DNA of 64,000 nt, taken from assembly GCA_965228855.1 (NCBI GenBank), contig CBDDIJ010000003.1, forward strand, positions 1,568,001 through 1,632,000. Reading direction: 5' to 3'. Position numbers and translations under genes: made by a program. The stretch is from Candidatus Obscuribacterales bacterium. GTDB lineage: Bacteria > Cyanobacteriota > Vampirovibrionia > Obscuribacterales > Obscuribacteraceae. Below, piece by piece: positions 38,571-48,626 of this stretch. The notes beneath the pieces were generated by a model. That model was not told the DNA's origin and did not search any database. It worked only from the letters and a program-made list of their open reading frames with translations. Position 1 is the stretch's first letter. Each line of letters opens with the position of its first letter.

Positions 38571-38614
38571 TGGGGTAAACCGGGTTCACCCGGATGGGTG
38601 AAACGGTTTCACCC
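38571..38614. repeat. Tandem palindromic units (GGGT(G/A)AA...TTCACCC x2)
   Basis: tggggtaaaccgggttcaccc-gga-tgggtgaaacggtttcaccc. Confidence 0.6.
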
Positions 38615-38619
38615 TCACC

Positions 38620-40083
38620 TCACTTAGCAACCGACGCCACCGTCACCGCTATCCAGGGTGATTGGGTTTTACCTAGAATGGCCGACCAGTACCAGGAAGA
38701 TATATCGGACCATGACCGTCCTTTTGAGTCCGATACGATTTCACGGACCTCAAGCCGCTGACCATTTTTCACAGCTGAAAAACGCGACCAGATCTTTCCA
38801 TCCTCATCTCGCAAAGCGGCCATCGGATGCAGTTGAAAACAGTTGCCTTTGTAACAGTCGCTGGACGGATGCAGTTGTCGCGTCGGTTTATTCACTTGCC
38901 GAAACAGAATAGTCCGACTGCCATCTGTAAACTTTGCGATGCGACCCGGGAAGCCTGTGGAAAAACGCGTTTCAGTTTCAGATAATTTGATTGGTTTAAG
39001 ACCGCGACCTTCGAATTGGTTTGGAAATTCAGTTCGGACAATCTGTGTGGTGTCTTCATGATATGGCACTTGAAAGAACGGGAGAAAAAACGCCACCGCA
39101 GACGCCACCACTAACGAGAAAACATAAACTTTCGCCCCAGTTCCCTGCTGGTTTAATTTGGGAACACTATCGTCGGATAAAACTTCCTGCGACGACTTCT
39201 CGTTAAGGGTTTCCGTTTCATTCGCCATCAGACCCGAACGCTCGGTTTCCCCCTGGGGCAGAGGATTTGGCATTGTGAAACGCTTCAGCGCAAGCATGTT
39301 CCCAAAAATCGCTACTGCTATTGCGAGCGTGATAAACGACGCGACGGAGACAAAATCGTGAGCAACGTCGGGGAAGTTAAAGCCCCGATCGCGCAGGATC
39401 TCTAAGTAAACCATGATAGTCGCGCGAGCGACGTTGGTGAAAAGTACGCCGATTACAGAAAAACACAAAAGCAGGACGGAGCGCAGAGCTGATAGCTGTT
39501 TGGTCCAACAAATAACGAAGCAAAAGTAGAGGCCCGCCCAAAGCATGTTGATACCACTGCAAGGCGAATCAACCAAAATCAACTGATTCTGATGTTCGAA
39601 TGAGGTGCCGGCGACGGCAACTGCCGTGCCTGACAATTGCAAAATCGCCGCCGTTATATTCGTTATAAGCAGACGCAAAGGAAATCCAACGAAGAATTGA
39701 AGCGACGCCAATACAGGCGAGGAAAGGATGAGAAAACCAAACAAGGCGAGCGCGTTTCTTCGCCCTGGAATACAGCGAGTCCACAAAACGACTCCTGCCG
39801 CACAGACCGCAATTAAGCACCGCACCAATGGCGGCACCATGGCGAAACAAACGCAGTAGAGGGACACTAGCACCACACAAACTGGTACCAACTTCCCTGC
39901 GTTGAAAAAGGATGTTTTGCGATTCCATGAGAGTATCACGAGAATTAAAACGGTGGCCAGCGAAATCAAACCCCAGGGCTCGTCTGAGTTATCGGCGGTT
40001 CTTGTGATAAACCAATAAAGGCTGTGCCAGAATGCCACCAGCAGCAATATCAGCTCTAATGGAACGATCTTAAGGGCGCCCAC
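38620..40083 (-). CDS. Exosortase/archaeosortase family protein with fused C-terminal extracytoplasmic domain (XrtQ-like)
   Basis: Multi-TM; catalytic Cys in VDSPCSGI, Arg in NVARA, His in AHDFV; extra TM followed by a soluble domain (FPGRIAKF...TRQLHPSSDCY...WYWSA). Confidence 0.88.
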   Translation of the reverse strand: MGALKIVPLELILLLVAFWHSLYWFITRTADNSDEPWGLISLATVLILVILSWNRKTSFFNAGKLVPVCVVLVSLYCVCFAMVPPLVRCLIAVCAAGVVLWTRCIPGRRNALALFGFLILSSPVLASLQFFVGFPLRLLITNITAAILQLSGTAVAVAGTSFEHQNQLILVDSPCSGINMLWAGLYFCFVICWTKQLSALRSVLLLCFSVIGVLFTNVARATIMVYLEILRDRGFNFPDVAHDFVSVASFITLAIAVAIFGNMLALKRFTMPNPLPQGETERSGLMANETETLNEKSSQEVLSDDSVPKLNQQGTGAKVYVFSLVVASAVAFFLPFFQVPYHEDTTQIVRTEFPNQFEGRGLKPIKLSETETRFSTGFPGRIAKFTDGSRTILFRQVNKPTRQLHPSSDCYKGNCFQLHPMAALRDEDGKIWSRFSAVKNGQRLEVREIVSDSKGRSWSDISSWYWSAILGKTQSPWIAVTVASVAK

Positions 40084-42499
40084 TTTCGCTCCTCCGGATT
40101 ATAGACACTAATTGAGTTTTACGGCTTTGAATTACGAGAAGAAAACCGATGACGAACATCATGAGCCACATTTCCGGCTCTGGAACTGATGGCACATCAG
40201 CAGCCTCCTGGAAGACAGGCTCTCCATTTTTGCCGGACTGCTTAACGGTTGGATCTTCACCCGGCTTTAGTCCAAAGTTTTTAAACTGCTGCGCTGTCTC
40301 CAACACAACAGCACCAGAGACAGGCGTTACGATCCGATAAGTGACCGCCGTCTGCGCAGCGCGCTCGTCCTCATTCTTCAGCAACGCTGTGCCGACCTGA
40401 TCTGCCGCCCACAACTTGATTAACTCACCATGAGTGGAATCATTTAGACCTTTCGTTTCAGAAGTCGCAGTTACGACGTCTCGAACCGGGAGAAACATAT
40501 CGGCGCCGTTGTTGAACTGTTCGATCATTTTGTCCAGGTCGTCTTTGACCGTACCGAAACGGGATACGTTTTTAAACGTCACGAAATCAGCCAGCTTCTC
40601 GGCAAGAAGGTTTGGTCCGGACTCAACCTCAAACGAGTAGACGGTTGGTCGCGCACCGTAGCTGGTGAACTTACTGGATGGGTCATCGAAGATAACAGGT
40701 TGAGGTCCGTGAATCCAGAGAACACTGCTTCCCGGACGTCTTGATGCCAGATCTATCGCCGCACGCAATGCGACAGCGTTGTCCGGTCCGCCCTGGAATC
40801 GAAGCGAGGTCAATTTATCCGCCACCACAGCAGGTGTCAACTCTTGATAAAGTTTGTCCTCCGGAGTCAGCGCACTGACTTCGTCAGTTGCGACCACCAC
40901 ACTCCAGGGAACACGGCCTGCGATTTTGCCTATAGCCTGAGAGATAGCCCTGGCATGCGGTCTGACGGAGACCGATGCGTCAATCACAATCACGACATTT
41001 TTAACCGGTGGCTCATGGAACTTTTGAATTCTCTGGGTCAAGACTTTTGATTGGTCTCCGGTAGAGAAGCGCTTGGTTACCGGGGGCACATCATGGTCGC
41101 GCAAAAGAACGAGCGGCTCGACGTCTGCCCCCAAGCTGTTCAAATCGACGGTTCCTGCGGCACTGTATTCGGTGCGGGATGAATCAGCGCTCGCTGCTGA
41201 GGTGCTTGATTTTAGAAACGTAGGCCTGGTTTTTAAAGGAGTAACCGATCGCACCTTCGTGTTCATCAAGCCGGCAATTTCAAAATTGTTTTCCACTAAA
41301 CGCGGCAGCACCAGGGACGCGCGGTCATCCTCGATTAGCATAGGCGATGCAATCCTTATTCGTGTTTTCATTTCACCCTTGGGCGGAACCGGGAAACACT
41401 GAAGCAGGACGCGGTCGCCACCGGCACTGGTGACAAGGACCGGATCGCGCTGACGCTGAACAACCGCCTGATAGGCAGATCGCACCTGACTCTTAGAGCC
41501 GAACGCCGCCGGTTGAGGCTTGCCGTTTATCCAGAGTGTGAGGTCGGAAACAACAGCGCCCGGCGGCAATAAAATGTTGGTCCTTGCCTCAGCAGCCGAT
41601 TTATCTTTGTTCTCGAAAATAAACGTCCACTCCATGTCAGCACTGGCGGAGTTCGCGTCGCAACTCACGCTCAGATCAGAGTTTTTCAAAAATAAATTCT
41701 CGGCTCTGGCACCGACTGCATCCTGTCCGAGGTCCGAATCCCATCGCCACCAGTTCAATTCATTGGGAAGAAATTCATGCGGATATTGTTCGCGGTTAAA
41801 CGGAATGCCCGTCACTCGATAGAAAACGTTGCGTGCTTCCCTGGGATCTACGGCTTGGTAGTTGAATATCGAAAGATTTCCGACATCAGACATTTGCGGC
41901 TTGTCGCAATAGCAAAGCTTGAGTAGTTCAGGCTGGCTGCCGAAATTCTTCAGAGTATTAATACCCTGGCGAGCTATGGCAGGATCAGCTGATACCGCTT
42001 TGAGAACGGCGTTTCGAGTGATGCTGTGCGGCAGTTCCGCACAGAAAACACACAGGACCCCGAGAATCATGCCCAGAGTTATGCACGCGCGAACCTTTCC
42101 GAGTGCGCCAACAGTCTTGTCTTCTGCATCGCGTTTCCAAAGACTACTTGCAAGTCCTGCTGAAACGAGAAGAGTGATCAAGGGCGCAAACACTAAGAAT
42201 CCGATGCCCATGAGTAAGATAAGCATTAGCCCGAAGGGGACCAGAGGCAGAAATCTCAACATGTACACGAGCGAAATTCCCATCACCAGACCGATGATAA
42301 GACCATCTCTGGGAGTACTTCTGTAATTTGGATCTTTCAGTTTTAAAAATAGCCAGCCGTTCCCCAGACCAACAGAGGCGACCATCGCGATATGCCACCA
42401 GGTTGGAATCGGGTCAAAGAATGCATTGGTACACCATCTTAAACATCCTTCCACAGCCAAGACAACGAACGGAAGGATAAATCCGAACAGTATGGTCAT
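40070..42499 (-). CDS. Membrane-anchored VIT + VWA-like domain protein with PEP-CTERM sorting signal
   Basis: About 5 N-terminal TMs; VIT (EWTFIFEN..EARTNILLPPGAVVSDLTLWING; RQRDPVLV); VIDASVS; C-terminal VPSVPEPEMWLMMFVIGFLLVIQSRK. Confidence 0.9.
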   Translation of the reverse strand: MTILFGFILPFVVLAVEGCLRWCTNAFFDPIPTWWHIAMVASVGLGNGWLFLKLKDPNYRSTPRDGLIIGLVMGISLVYMLRFLPLVPFGLMLILLMGIGFLVFAPLITLLVSAGLASSLWKRDAEDKTVGALGKVRACITLGMILGVLCVFCAELPHSITRNAVLKAVSADPAIARQGINTLKNFGSQPELLKLCYCDKPQMSDVGNLSIFNYQAVDPREARNVFYRVTGIPFNREQYPHEFLPNELNWWRWDSDLGQDAVGARAENLFLKNSDLSVSCDANSASADMEWTFIFENKDKSAAEARTNILLPPGAVVSDLTLWINGKPQPAAFGSKSQVRSAYQAVVQRQRDPVLVTSAGGDRVLLQCFPVPPKGEMKTRIRIASPMLIEDDRASLVLPRLVENNFEIAGLMNTKVRSVTPLKTRPTFLKSSTSAASADSSRTEYSAAGTVDLNSLGADVEPLVLLRDHDVPPVTKRFSTGDQSKVLTQRIQKFHEPPVKNVVIVIDASVSVRPHARAISQAIGKIAGRVPWSVVVATDEVSALTPEDKLYQELTPAVVADKLTSLRFQGGPDNAVALRAAIDLASRRPGSSVLWIHGPQPVIFDDPSSKFTSYGARPTVYSFEVESGPNLLAEKLADFVTFKNVSRFGTVKDDLDKMIEQFNNGADMFLPVRDVVTATSETKGLNDSTHGELIKLWAADQVGTALLKNEDERAAQTAVTYRIVTPVSGAVVLETAQQFKNFGLKPGEDPTVKQSGKNGEPVFQEAADVPSVPEPEMWLMMFVIGFLLVIQSRKTQLVSIIRRSESGRP

Positions 42500-42878
42500 A
42501 AAATTTCACTCCGGCGGCGACAATCGGATCACAGAGGAGGTCAGTGTTTCCTATTTTTTTCGAGTTTCGCGGAAACCCGATTAAGTCAGTTATATCACCG
42601 AAGTGTTAGAGCGCTATTGTCTCCGCAAACGAAACGCATCAAACCGAACCGGGCATCTAGAGTGCCTTTTCACAATGCATGCCTTCCTCTGGCAATGATA
42701 TTTCACCGTTAAGCGATCGTTAGAGTCGCAGACAACAAATGCTCAAAAACAGTCTGCAGGCGGCTCCAACGGTTTGTGCCAAAACATTGAGAAATTAACA
42801 TCTTGCTTTACAAGACCCGTTCCAAAAGCCTCCGCTCGGGAAGCAAGCGGATTGGAATCAGAACGTGACTGCCAGAAG

Positions 42879-43541
42879 CTAACTATGAGCCTGGGTAGAT
42901 TTTGCGCGCGTCGCTTCCAGCTGCTTGACGAGTTCCTGATATGTGTCCGAACTTTCTGTCGCATCCGGCTCGACGAGTTTCACGCATCGCTTCAAGCTCG
43001 CGGTCGCCTCATCCATACGATCGGTTATGGCGTACAACTCGGCTTGAACCCAGTATAGTTCTGACAAGAGTTCATGATTTTTCTTTGAATGAAGGCTGCT
43101 AATGTTAATTGCCTTCGTGGAAGCAAGCAAACCGAGTTCGTAATCACCATGTTCTGCAGCTAGATCCATAGTCTGGCGGGCGAACTTCAGTTCTTCGTGG
43201 AAATTCTTGAGCTTGCAGCTATCGCGCTGCAGCCACTGAATGAAATTCTCGTCAGTTCGGATATTCTGTACGCTGTTGGTAGCGGCAGCCTCAGACAGTT
43301 TGTCGCTTATGTGCTTAATGTTCTTTTGAACTTCTTTACGAGGAGCCGAGGAATGCTGCCCGACATTCTCGTTGTAGGAATTCATGAAGCCGGTGTGTCC
43401 GCTTGCACGGCTCAGCATGCCAACGAGCCCGCCGACCATAGACACAACCTGATCCTTATCCACCTCGGTCTTAGCCAATGCTTGTAAAAGCGCCTCATCC
43501 CTTGCGTCCTGGGACTTATCTTTCTTATCGTCACCGCTCAC
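42879..43541 (-). CDS. Hypothetical protein with C-terminal TPR-like helices
   Basis: GTG start after GGAG; ELYWVQAELYAITDRMDEATASLKRCVKL. Confidence 0.7.
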   Translation of the reverse strand: MSGDDKKDKSQDARDEALLQALAKTEVDKDQVVSMVGGLVGMLSRASGHTGFMNSYNENVGQHSSAPRKEVQKNIKHISDKLSEAAATNSVQNIRTDENFIQWLQRDSCKLKNFHEELKFARQTMDLAAEHGDYELGLLASTKAINISSLHSKKNHELLSELYWVQAELYAITDRMDEATASLKRCVKLVEPDATESSDTYQELVKQLEATRAKSTQAHS

Positions 43542-43659
43542 GGTCCACTCTCCAACAGATTGATTACAAACTAAATCTCTTATGCCACGACCTCAATACA
43601 TCAAAGCCAATTTATTTTTTTAATGAGAATCTTAAACATAAAACGCCTGACGCCAGCAA

Positions 43660-43893
43660 CTAGCGACAAATCTGAATAATCTCTTCTTCACTCGGTCGAA
43701 CCTTGGTGCGTCCACAAAATGTCAGGACGGGAACCAGCTCCTGTTTCGTCAGCTTATACATTTTTCGCAAAGCGCCAAAATTGTCGGCGACGTTATGGTC
43801 ATCATATTCGATACCATTTAGCTCGAGAACGCGACGCGCTTCCGCGCATAATGGGCAGTTCGGCACTGTGTACAGTATCGGTTTGTCTATCAT
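43660..43893 (-). CDS. Glutaredoxin (NrdH/YruB-like)
   Basis: LYTVPNCPLC...VPVL; AGGAG RBS. Confidence 0.9.
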   Translation of the reverse strand: MIDKPILYTVPNCPLCAEARRVLELNGIEYDDHNVADNFGALRKMYKLTKQELVPVLTFCGRTKVRPSEEEIIQICR

Positions 43894-43947
43894 GTCTGCT
43901 CCTGAATTGCCCGCGCTCGGTAAGAGTTGGGAACTGCCGGCGCGCTG

Positions 43948-45354
43948 CTAAAAGTATTCCGGATGGAGTCTTTTCAATCGGGATTCGAGTTTCACAACCG
44001 AATCCAACATAGGATATTCCGGGCAGACTTTGCGGGCCAAGTCCCACGAATTCCAGGCGCTCATCGAATCATAGCGAGAGTAATAATGCTTGCCCAGATC
44101 GTTATAAACACCAGTCAAACGCGGATTATGAGCCAATGCCGCAAGAAACATTTTCGATGCATCCAACCCGAGCGAATCCGCAATATTAGCCTTAAAAATC
44201 TCCAGCATGTAGCCCTTTCCGAGTCCAGCAGTTTTAATTCCCTGTAGATCCTCAAGAGCCTTTTCCGCATCTTTTTTGCTCGTTGGCTCAAGACAGGCAG
44301 AAATAATCTTGAAGTCAGGGTCTTCCTTCACCTCCGAAATTATTTCCCCCGAATCCTCTTCGGCACGGTCACCCGTAGTCAGATTGTATTCCGTGACAGT
44401 CAGAAAGGCATCGGTCAAACGATGCTGATTGACGAGTTTCTGTGCCTCACCAAAGGCAGCGTCACGTGTCGGCAACGCTACAGGTCGGTCATCAAGCATA
44501 ACTTTCTGCTGCACCGCATACAGTGGCGAGTCCTTATCGAACGCCAGGCTATAGCCCTCAAAATAATCCGGTTCAGAACCTTTCCTGGTCTTCTCCGTCA
44601 AAGAAATTTTTACGTCATATTTCCGCATGGCCGCGCGGAATTGATAGCTCAGAAACTTCACGAATCGCTTTTTGGCAAGAATTTGCTCGCGAACATATGG
44701 ATGCAGGCTGGTTTTATATAACAGAACCTTTTCCATCATCGGTACGTAAGAATCTTCCAGTTTTTCCCCGAGCAGAGCCTCTGCTATGATTTTGCCTTCA
44801 TAGGAGAACATCAGCAAGTCACCATCCTGACGCTCATCAAGGACAATCCCTGGATTCTCCGGCTTATCCGGCATAGTCATGCCGAGTTCGCAAGCAACGT
44901 CGAACGGATCGAAGACACTGGATTTGGTATCACCCATTCCGACCCTTTCAAGAACGTCAGATAGCATCGCCCGATTTCTGATTTCCAGATCCTTGAACCC
45001 GCAGTACACGAAAAGCGAATGCTGCTCATATGTTTTCGAAATCGTATCGAAGTTGCTCACGCGCTGATTTTTAAAATCATAAAGCTCCGAACCTTCCTTG
45101 CTCTCAACGTAGAAGTGCCCGTCTCCCAGCGTGACGATAGATTCTTCCTTTCGGTATTCGGTTGGTTTCTGCTTAACGCCCTCGGATTTGTCTGTACTTT
45201 CTCCTTTCGACTCAATCACCACCGGCTTTGGTGCTTTCTCTATCGTGGTCTCGAACTGATATCTAAGTTTCAAAACCTCCGCCGATGCGCCAGCACAGAA
45301 CAATAATTGGAAAGTGAGCGCTATCAACACCGCCAGTCGATTGGAAAACCTCAT
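43948..45354 (-). CDS. Secreted hypothetical protein with C-terminal TPR
   Basis: Signal peptide ending ASA; AHNPRLTGVYNDLGKHYY. Confidence 0.78.
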   Translation of the reverse strand: MRFSNRLAVLIALTFQLLFCAGASAEVLKLRYQFETTIEKAPKPVVIESKGESTDKSEGVKQKPTEYRKEESIVTLGDGHFYVESKEGSELYDFKNQRVSNFDTISKTYEQHSLFVYCGFKDLEIRNRAMLSDVLERVGMGDTKSSVFDPFDVACELGMTMPDKPENPGIVLDERQDGDLLMFSYEGKIIAEALLGEKLEDSYVPMMEKVLLYKTSLHPYVREQILAKKRFVKFLSYQFRAAMRKYDVKISLTEKTRKGSEPDYFEGYSLAFDKDSPLYAVQQKVMLDDRPVALPTRDAAFGEAQKLVNQHRLTDAFLTVTEYNLTTGDRAEEDSGEIISEVKEDPDFKIISACLEPTSKKDAEKALEDLQGIKTAGLGKGYMLEIFKANIADSLGLDASKMFLAALAHNPRLTGVYNDLGKHYYSRYDSMSAWNSWDLARKVCPEYPMLDSVVKLESRLKRLHPEYF

Positions 45355-45376
45355 CGAACCTCCAGTTCCGTAAGCG

Positions 45377-45877
45377 TCACTCCGCTATTTTTCTCGCAGC
45401 AACGTCTGTAACGTTGCTCTCACGCCTCACTTTCCAGACCAGAGTGTTCATCACGACATCATGAACGGTTTGCCGGTTTTCAGTAATTAAACACGTCAAG
45501 TAAGCCAAACCGAAAAGCGAGCCGGACAGGGCTTTCATTACGAAGCGCAGAACCGCCCGAAGAAAACCAATTCGTTCACCACGCCCATTAGTCACTTGCA
45601 GCCCCAGAAGTATTTTGCCCGGAGTCGCTTGAAACCGCGAACACTCGAAGCCGGCGAAATAAGCGGTCGAGACAATCGCTGCAATCGATCCACCGGCAAG
45701 AACAAATACGTTGCTCTTCATCGGCTCGTCTATGTGCATGAAGCTTGTGGCTATCATCAATATCGGAACAGACAAGGCGCTGACGGTCAAAGACGCAATC
45801 ATCACAACAACGAAATCGATCAGCGACGCGGATACGCGCCACAGAAAGTGAGCATGAGTTCGAGTTTCGGCAGTCAA
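45377..45877 (-). CDS. RDD family membrane protein
   Basis: WRVSASLID, QATPGKILLGLQV, RQTVHD. Confidence 0.9.
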   Translation of the reverse strand: MTAETRTHAHFLWRVSASLIDFVVVMIASLTVSALSVPILMIATSFMHIDEPMKSNVFVLAGGSIAAIVSTAYFAGFECSRFQATPGKILLGLQVTNGRGERIGFLRAVLRFVMKALSGSLFGLAYLTCLITENRQTVHDVVMNTLVWKVRRESNVTDVAARKIAE

Positions 45878-45994
45878 TTAAGTTTCGTCGCAGGTTTAGA
45901 AATAGGTGGACTATTCTGTCTAGATTATTCCATTTTTGGGCACAATGCTCTCACTTTGGGGAATCCAGGCTTGGTTTTGACTTTGGAGGTCGGC

Positions 45995-46783
45995 ATGGGT
46001 ACAAAGGAAAAGCTCGTGATTGCCCTGGTCACGGTTGTCGCCATAATGGCAGTGCCTGACTTACTCCAGCACTTCTCCAAACGCATCTCCTGGGACAATT
46101 TCAGCACCGAAGGTCGGCGCTTGATTCTGTTTGGCGATAAGGAAAAAGCCGTCGACTTCTACAAATCTGAAGTGCGGAAAACAATAGTCGAGAAAGGCGT
46201 CAAAGATCCGGCTTATATAGCGGCTCTTGAGGGACTGGCGATGGCGTATCAGAAGCAAGAGATGTATCTCTCAGCAGAAGATCAATATAACGAAGCACTA
46301 AAACAACTTGAGAAATCCTGGATTCCTGATCGTACGCGCATGAAAGAGACAATGGGTCACATGGCGGCAATGTATTCGAAGCTCGGCGATAATAAAAAAC
46401 TGGAACAGCTTCATCTGCGCGAGCGCGGGCTCAACACATGGTGGCAATGGTTCTGGAGCTGCTTTGTTGTCACATTCGCAGCCGAAGCTCTCTACATGGC
46501 TGTCGTGCTGGCTCGACCAGGAGATATCGACCACTCCCACTTTAAAGTCGAGCATGGTTGGCTCTATGCCTTCGCCTGCTTTGTCGGCACCATCGGCATG
46601 ATGCGCGGACTTCTTATGGCGGAGATGGATGTACTGGTGGCATTTTTTGGTGCCGCCGGAATCACATTCGCCGGTCTGCCATTTGTTTTTGGAATCGTCC
46701 TGCTCTTCGCCCGCCAACTTGGAACCGAAGATGCCCGCAAATTGCTGGAACCAAGTTATAAACGTTCCCAGAGAGCGAATTAA
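45995..46783 (+). CDS. Membrane protein with kinesin-light-chain-type TPRs
   Basis: Start reassigned to ATG at 45995 (GGAGGT RBS); N-terminal TM, LEGLAMAYQKQEMYLSAE TPR, 3 C-terminal TMs. Confidence 0.75.
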   Translation: MGTKEKLVIALVTVVAIMAVPDLLQHFSKRISWDNFSTEGRRLILFGDKEKAVDFYKSEVRKTIVEKGVKDPAYIAALEGLAMAYQKQEMYLSAEDQYNEALKQLEKSWIPDRTRMKETMGHMAAMYSKLGDNKKLEQLHLRERGLNTWWQWFWSCFVVTFAAEALYMAVVLARPGDIDHSHFKVEHGWLYAFACFVGTIGMMRGLLMAEMDVLVAFFGAAGITFAGLPFVFGIVLLFARQLGTEDARKLLEPSYKRSQRAN

Positions 46784-46963
46784 GTTATCTGCTCAGAAGG
46801 CAACAGATCGTCTCAATGGCAAAAGAACATGCACGGCACTACTGGTTCGCACTACAGGTAGTATCAGCAAAATTTAAGTAACCCTGCCGGAAAGCTTTTA
46901 GATTACCTATCAGCGCGTGAACCAAAACAAGATTTCGAGTGCGTTTGTCCGCGCAAACATAGC

Positions 46964-46996
46964 AAAAGAGGCCTCCGCAAACGAAGGCCTCTAAAA
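46964..46996 (-). terminator. Intrinsic terminator downstream of the RHH-like gene
   Basis: Minus strand AGAGGCCTTCG-TTTG-CGGAGGCCTCT followed by TTT. Confidence 0.7.
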
Positions 46997-47057
46997 GGAG
47001 GTCAATTCAGGATTCCCGCCTCTCCCCTACTCTAGCTTGGAAGCTAGACAATCCGGC

Positions 47058-47651
47058 TTAGTAGCCAGAGTTCCAGTCGCGAACCGGAGCCGGTACAGGC
47101 TGTTGATAAACAGGCTGTTCAACTACGGGTTGCGGTTGTGGTTGAGGAGGTGCGAAGGAAGTTTGAACTTCAGGCTGCGCGATAGGAGCAGCTTGTACTT
47201 GGTTTGCTTGCCAAGTAGCGAGGTTGAAGTTCTTGAATGATTCCTCGATTACCCCAGACTTCTCACGAAGCAGGTATTCGATATAATCACCGCGGCTCAT
47301 TCTCGATGCTGCGACTTGTTCGTCGAGCAATCTGTGGGCCATAGGTGTTACGCACACTGCGGTTGTGGTGCCACGGTTCTTACCGAAGAAGTAAGATTTG
47401 GCGCCACCCTTGGGTCCAGTCTGCTTCAAGGATGCAGGAAGTCTCAATGGCGGCATGCCTGCGCGCTCACGAATGAGCATTTCGACATAGTCTCCATTTG
47501 AAACACCAGCAGCTGATGCTTGTTCTTTGAGCAGCTGACGACCAAGTGCGGTCAGGTTGAAAGAGACGGAACCCGACTCTTTGCCTGGGAAGCGTGACCG
47601 CCGAGGCGAAGTTGTTTTTGGTGTGGTGTTTGTTTGGACCGTTGTGTTCAT
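47058..47651 (-). CDS. Putative DNA-binding protein with two tandem ribbon-helix-helix-like units and Q/P-rich tail
   Basis: Internal repeat FPGK..SVSFNLT..GRQLLKEQA...GVSNGDYVEMLIRERAG / FFGK..TAVCVTP.AHRLLDEQV...RMSRGDYIEYLLREKSG. Confidence 0.7.
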   Translation of the reverse strand: MNTTVQTNTTPKTTSPRRSRFPGKESGSVSFNLTALGRQLLKEQASAAGVSNGDYVEMLIRERAGMPPLRLPASLKQTGPKGGAKSYFFGKNRGTTTAVCVTPMAHRLLDEQVAASRMSRGDYIEYLLREKSGVIEESFKNFNLATWQANQVQAAPIAQPEVQTSFAPPQPQPQPVVEQPVYQQPVPAPVRDWNSGY

Positions 47652-48068
47652 TTAGTTTTTCGGCAGCGTTATTACTTTCTACTCTCTTGGGAGCTTGTCG
47701 TTTTACCTCTGCCTTTCCTCCTTTTCAAGAAAACACGGAATCCGACTGGTACAGCATAAATAGTGAAACCTAGCAGCTAAAGCTACTACTTCCAACGCAC
47801 AGCCTTTGACTAGTTTCTGCGAGCAGCAATAAATTAGTCGCGGCGAAAAGGGTCCGCTAGTTCTTGACTTTGTTTTCGCCAACCATATCTAAGAGGAGAA
47901 CTCTCGATATCGTGTCCTAAACAACCAATGTTTTTTTGGTATCTCGGGACAATCCCTGGCAACCCTTTCCAAGACCTTGATTATAGAGCAAAAGATACAG
48001 TTTTTAGCAGTAGTCATGTATTAAGTGATCGTAATACTGTGAGGCTTTCGAGCGCATGACATCAGGGG

Positions 48069-48614
48069 CTAGCCATGTAGAAAGTGTTGCACAGTGAGGA
48101 TATTGAATACCCAGGCGATCAAAGTTCCTAGTGCTGCACCTACCAAAACCTCTACCGGTGTATGACCTAGAAATTCTTTAATGCGCTCTCCTGATAGGTG
48201 CGGATGCTCTGAAAACAGTTCATTCATCATCTCGTTGAGCACTTTGGCTTGTAAGCCGACCGTGCGCCTCACGCCTGCCGCATCGTACATAACGATCATC
48301 GCGAGGCACAAAGCAATCGCAAATGAGACGGAGTTAAACCCTTCTATAAGCCCGACGGAGACTGCCATTCCCATAGTGCATGACGAGTGGCTTGAGGGCA
48401 TGCCACCAGTTTTCGCCATCATACGAAAATCGAGTTGACCCGTTTTGAAAAACTTGGTGACTATTTTTGCCGACTGAGCGATGAAGCTACCAAGCAGCGA
48501 AACCGTGATTACCTGCCAGCCCCGCGATGCTCCCGGTGATGCCGACAATTGGGTTCCGGTATCGACCATCGTATCGGCCAGAAAAATGCAGTTTCCAACA
48601 AAGGACAGATCCAT
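48069..48614 (-). CDS. Divergent PAP2 family protein (DUF212)
   Basis: AQSAK, TGGMPSSHS, IVMYDAAGVRR.VG.QA..LN, LGHTPVEV. Confidence 0.95.
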   Translation of the reverse strand: MDLSFVGNCIFLADTMVDTGTQLSASPGASRGWQVITVSLLGSFIAQSAKIVTKFFKTGQLDFRMMAKTGGMPSSHSSCTMGMAVSVGLIEGFNSVSFAIALCLAMIVMYDAAGVRRTVGLQAKVLNEMMNELFSEHPHLSGERIKEFLGHTPVEVLVGAALGTLIAWVFNILTVQHFLHG

Positions 48615-48626
48615 CTTCGAGTTTCC

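Noticed and set aside
45596..45994. N-terminal extension of the 395-aa ORF
   Set aside because: Overlaps the RDD gene on the opposite strand; a good RBS supports ATG at 45995
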